From: an uncultured Nioella sp.
GTDB taxonomy: Bacteria > Pseudomonadota > Alphaproteobacteria > Rhodobacterales > Rhodobacteraceae
Direction: 5' to 3'
Assembly: GCA_947498125.1 (NCBI GenBank)
Contig: CANMJH010000003.1
Coordinates: forward strand, 349,808-413,807
Length of the DNA: 64,000 nt
Under the pieces are notes generated by a model. It saw nothing but the letters and a program-made list of their open reading frames with translations, was not told the origin of the DNA and searched no databases. The position numbers and the translations under genes were made by a program. Shown here one piece after another: positions 60,578 to 64,000 of the stretch (its first letter is position 1; each line of letters begins with the position of its first letter).

Positions 60578-62069
60578 GGGCCCCGCCCAGCATCAGGCCG
60601 ATGGTTTCCATGGTCAGTCCCGCCGTAGGTTTGGTATCGGAAAGCCGCCCTTCGTTTAGGGCGCAGAAATTGTCAGAAATCTCTAACAATTCATCAAGAT
60701 CTTGGCTGATCACGATCACCCCGGCGCCGCGCCCCGCCAGATCCAAAATGGCTTGGCGAATATCGGCTGCGGCCGAGGCATCAACGCCCCACGTGGGTTG
60801 GTTCACAACCAGAACGCTCGGCTCTTGCATAACCTCGCGGCCAATAACGAATTTCTGCAGGTTCCCGCCAGACAGCGATCGCGCTGCGTTTTCGGGGCCT
60901 GGGGTGCGAACGTCGAAGGCGGCAATCACCTCTTCGGCATATTGCCGGGTTTTGCCCCAATCAAGAAAGCCGTTTTTGTCCAAGGATTTACGGTGCCGCG
61001 CCGTCAAAAGCGCGTTTTCGATCAAGCTCATATCTGGGGCGGCGGCGTGGCCGAGTCGCTCCTCTGGCCCGCATAAAATGCCAGCGCTGCGGCGCTCATT
61101 GGGGCTAAGGTTGCCGACCGGTTTGCCTTTCAGCTCAACGGCATTGGGCGCGGTGATGGTTTCGCCTGACAGGGCCGCCAACAGCTCGTCCTGCCCATTG
61201 CCAGCCACGCCGCCAATTCCAAGCACTTCACCTGCTTTGATCTTGATCGAGATGTCGCGCAGCGGGGTGCCAAAGGCACTGGCCGGAGCGACGGACAGGT
61301 TGTCGACTTCTAGAATCACATCGCCATGCGCTGCCTCACTTCGGGCAGGAACGGCCAGCGATTTCCCAACCATCAATTCGGCCATTTCGGCGGCAGAAGT
61401 GGATTTGGGATCGCACGTGCCCACAACTTTGCCAAGGCGCAGCACCGTCGCTTCGTCACAAAGCGCTCGAATTTCCTCCAGCTTATGGCTGATATAAAGG
61501 ATCGCCGTGCCTTCCGCGCTGAGCTTACGCAGCGTGTGGAACAGGATTTCAACTTCCTGCGGTGTCAGAACCGAGGTCGGCTCATCCATGATAAGCAGCT
61601 TGGGATCTTGCAAAAGGCAGCGAATAATCTCAACCCGCTGGCGTTCGCCTGCAGAAAGATCGCCAACCAACCGACCGGGATCAAGTGGCAAACCGTAGGC
61701 TTCGGATACTTCAGTAATCCGCGCCGCAAGATCACGGGGCTTTGGTGGGTTTTCCATACCAAGCGCAATGTTTTCGGCCACATTCAGCGCCTCAAACAGC
61801 GAGAAATGCTGGAACACCATCGCCACGCCCGTGGCGCGGGCGGCGCGTGGTTCGGCGGGGGTATAAGACGCACCCATAAAGGACATCGTCCCACTATCTG
61901 GGCGCACCAGACCGTAAATCATTTTCACCAGCGTGGATTTTCCTGCGCCGTTTTCTCCAAGAAGCGCGTGAACTTCGCCCGGTTGGATTTGAAACGAGAC
62001 CTGATTATTGGCGACAACGCCAGGATAGGCTTTGGTCAGCCCATCAATTGACAGCAGCGGGGCGCTCAT
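60543..62069 (-). CDS. ABC transporter ATP-binding protein with two ATPase domains
   Basis: two sets of Walker A/signature motifs (GENGAGKST; LSGGNLQK); start at ATG 62069 with an AGGGGGG RBS. Confidence 0.85.
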   Translation of the reverse strand: MSAPLLSIDGLTKAYPGVVANNQVSFQIQPGEVHALLGENGAGKSTLVKMIYGLVRPDSGTMSFMGASYTPAEPRAARATGVAMVFQHFSLFEALNVAENIALGMENPPKPRDLAARITEVSEAYGLPLDPGRLVGDLSAGERQRVEIIRCLLQDPKLLIMDEPTSVLTPQEVEILFHTLRKLSAEGTAILYISHKLEEIRALCDEATVLRLGKVVGTCDPKSTSAAEMAELMVGKSLAVPARSEAAHGDVILEVDNLSVAPASAFGTPLRDISIKIKAGEVLGIGGVAGNGQDELLAALSGETITAPNAVELKGKPVGNLSPNERRSAGILCGPEERLGHAAAPDMSLIENALLTARHRKSLDKNGFLDWGKTRQYAEEVIAAFDVRTPGPENAARSLSGGNLQKFVIGREVMQEPSVLVVNQPTWGVDASAAADIRQAILDLAGRGAGVIVISQDLDELLEISDNFCALNEGRLSDTKPTAGLTMETIGLMLGGAHDMHEAEVAHV

Positions 62070-63061
62070 GAGGCCCCCCTTGCGCTGAAAAAGCGCTTTT
62101 TGGTCATGTCTGTTTCCCCATCTGAATGCTGCGGCGCTGTTGTGGCGCGCGTTATTTGTGTCCCGATGGCCCCGAACCTGATTAGGTCGGTGGCAATGCC
62201 GATGGCAATGGCTTGCGGGTGTTTGCCAAGCTCGGGTGCCCCAATGGGGCAAATTATGCGTGAAATTTGAGCATCTTGGTGACCGAGATCGCCAAGGCGG
62301 CGCCGGAACCGAGCTGCTTTTGTTGCCGATCCAATAAGGCCGCAGCTGCCAAAGTCATGCGAAAGCGCGGCGTGGCAAAGGGCAAGATCGATGTCATGGC
62401 TATAGGTCAGGATTAGATGATGCGCCGTTTGCGGTGCGCGCGGCAAAAGTAGGTCGGGTTTTGCGGCGGGCAAAGGCGTGACGCCGTTTGGAATGTCCTC
62501 GGGAAAGCGTTCGGCGCTGGTATCGACCCATGTAATCGAAATTTCGGGAAGCGGCGCCAAGACATCCACAAGCGCACGGCCCAGATGGCCTGCGCCCCAT
62601 ATCCAAAGGCCCAAGGTCGGTGCCGTCAGGGGCTCGATTAACCAATCTGAGATGTAGAGCGGTTGGGTGACGTCGCCCTCCATCGCGCGTGTTACCGCGG
62701 GCGGGCACGATAGATGCGCCATGACGGGATGGGCATGCGGAAAACTGCGGGGCAGGCTGTCCGCCGTAAACAGCTCAAATGACAAGATCACGGCGCCGCC
62801 GCAGCACTGCCCTAGGCCGGGACCAAGCGGAAAGGCTTTGCCCGAATGCCAGATCTGTCGGTCAATATTCTGGCGCGCCATTGCGGCAGCTTCAAATTCC
62901 AGACGGCCGCCGCCGATGGTACCTGACTGACCTTCAGGCCAGACCAACATGCTGGCCCCGGTTTCGCGCGGGGTTGACCCTTTGGCCTCGGCAATCACAA
63001 CCCGGCAAACGGGGCCATGCTTCGCCGTTGCGGCCTTCACAGCGTCCAGATCGAAGCTCAT
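62066..63061 (-). CDS. xdhC: xanthine dehydrogenase accessory factor XdhC
   Basis: XdhC/CoxI-family sequence; overlaps the stop of upstream xdhB. Confidence 0.8.
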   Translation of the reverse strand: MSFDLDAVKAATAKHGPVCRVVIAEAKGSTPRETGASMLVWPEGQSGTIGGGRLEFEAAAMARQNIDRQIWHSGKAFPLGPGLGQCCGGAVILSFELFTADSLPRSFPHAHPVMAHLSCPPAVTRAMEGDVTQPLYISDWLIEPLTAPTLGLWIWGAGHLGRALVDVLAPLPEISITWVDTSAERFPEDIPNGVTPLPAAKPDLLLPRAPQTAHHLILTYSHDIDLALCHAALSHDFGSCGLIGSATKAARFRRRLGDLGHQDAQISRIICPIGAPELGKHPQAIAIGIATDLIRFGAIGTQITRATTAPQHSDGETDMTKKRFFSARGAS

Positions 63062-64000
63062 GCGCGGGCTCGCCCGACCGCTGCAAGCACCGCCTCGGGC
63101 GTCGCGGGGGCTTGCAAGTCACCATAAGCGGGGCCTGCGGCCGCAACCGCGTCGGCAAGCGCTGAAAAAACGCTGATCCCGAGCATGAAGGGCGGCTCGC
63201 CCACCGCTTTTGATCTGTAAATCGTTTCCGCAGGGTTTGGTGCGTCCCAAAGCGAGACATTGAAAATATCGGGCCGGTCCGAGCAGGCCGGGATTTTATA
63301 AGTCGAAGGTGCATGCGTTCTAAGACGGCCTTTATTGTCCCAGACCAGCTCTTCCGTTGTTAGCCAGCCTGCGCCTTGCACAAAGCCGCCTTCGATCTGG
63401 CCGATATCAATGGCCGGGTTCAGAGAGCTGCCGCAATCATGAATAATATCCGTGCGCAAAATCCGGTTCTCACCAGTGAGCGTATCAATCACAACCTCAG
63501 AGCAGGCCGCGCCTTGGGCGAAGTAAAAGAACGGGCGTCCCTCGCCTTTGATCCGGTCCCAAGTGATGTCAGGTGTCTTATAAAACCCCGTCGCGCTTAA
63601 GCTGACCTGGCCCATATAGACGCGCGAGGCAGCATCTTCGAACGGGATTTCTTCGGCGCCGATATGCACCATACCACCTTCAAATCTTACAGAGTCGGCG
63701 TCCGTTTGATACTCGGCTGCAAGGAACTCTGCCATGCGCAGGCGGATCTTGTCGCAAGCGTCTTGGACCGCCATGCCGTTCAGGTCAGACCCAGAGGAGG
63801 CGGCCGTGGCCGAGGTGTTTGGAACCTTCGCAGTATCCGTCGCGGTTATTTTGATGGCTTCAATCGGCAGGCCAAAGCGATCCGCAGCAACCTGCGCCAC
63901 TTTCAAAAACAGGCCCTGACCCATTTCCGTGCCGCCGTGGTTCAGATGAACCGAGCCGTCCTGATAGACATGCACCAAGGCCCCCGCCTGATTGAGATGG
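63058..64000 (-). CDS. xdhB: xanthine dehydrogenase molybdopterin-binding subunit XdhB, C-terminal part; gene continues beyond the window
   Basis: aldehyde-oxidase/xanthine-DH C-terminal sequence (GTEMGQGL...); reading frame open to the window edge. Confidence 0.8.
   Translation of the reverse strand, partial: HLNQAGALVHVYQDGSVHLNHGGTEMGQGLFLKVAQVAADRFGLPIEAIKITATDTAKVPNTSATAASSGSDLNGMAVQDACDKIRLRMAEFLAAEYQTDADSVRFEGGMVHIGAEEIPFEDAASRVYMGQVSLSATGFYKTPDITWDRIKGEGRPFFYFAQGAACSEVVIDTLTGENRILRTDIIHDCGSSLNPAIDIGQIEGGFVQGAGWLTTEELVWDNKGRLRTHAPSTYKIPACSDRPDIFNVSLWDAPNPAETIYRSKAVGEPPFMLGISVFSALADAVAAAGPAYGDLQAPATPEAVLAAVGRARA

Noticed and set aside
60571-62051. 308-aa and 241-aa plus-strand ORFs
   Set aside because: Both are antisense to the dual-ATPase ABC gene, which has Walker and signature motifs in the minus frame.

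Overview
High-GC (about 60%) alphaproteobacterial chromosomal segment, most likely Rhodobacterales-like (inferred from gene content and order). Most of the window is conserved housekeeping backbone. In order: glcDEF glycolate oxidase; miaB followed by the phoH-ybeY-corC-lnt cluster; metK and trmB; the aroA...cmk...rpsA-ihfB-lapA-trpF-trpB backbone; a tRNA-Asn(GTT); phhAB with a divergent Lrp-family regulator; pth and rplY(ctc); a dimethylglycine-dehydrogenase-family gene; and an xdhB(partial)-xdhC purine cluster followed by a BMP-family nucleoside ABC transporter. Several small insertions interrupt these conserved gene orders. The most accessory-looking stretch begins directly after the tRNA-Asn, at about 31.0-39.1 kb. 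It holds an SPFH/band-7 protein with an uncharacterised N-terminal domain, a DMT transporter flanked by 105-bp direct repeats that preserve a hairpin through a compensatory base-pair change, and a duplicated promoter/5' region with a truncated copy of a PepSY-like gene. It also contains a low-GC orphan ORF, a lone transglutaminase-like gene, and a module of two PepSY-like secreted proteins plus a membrane-anchored LuxR-family regulator. Other notable points: a voltage-gated K+ channel gene (TVGYGD filter, arginine-rich S4) translationally coupled inside the nucleoside ABC transporter operon; a 2.1-kb insertion splitting the normally adjacent rplY-pth pair, with a duplicated 3'-end/terminator segment; and a three-gene insertion between miaB and phoH encoding a His-rich secreted protein plus two proteins sharing a Cys-containing domain. 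No CRISPR array, integrase or transposase was recognised. I found no clearly novel multi-gene system; the tRNA-adjacent mosaic and the channel-in-ABC-operon are the best candidates for follow-up. All functional calls rest on sequence motifs I recognise by eye; no database search was run.
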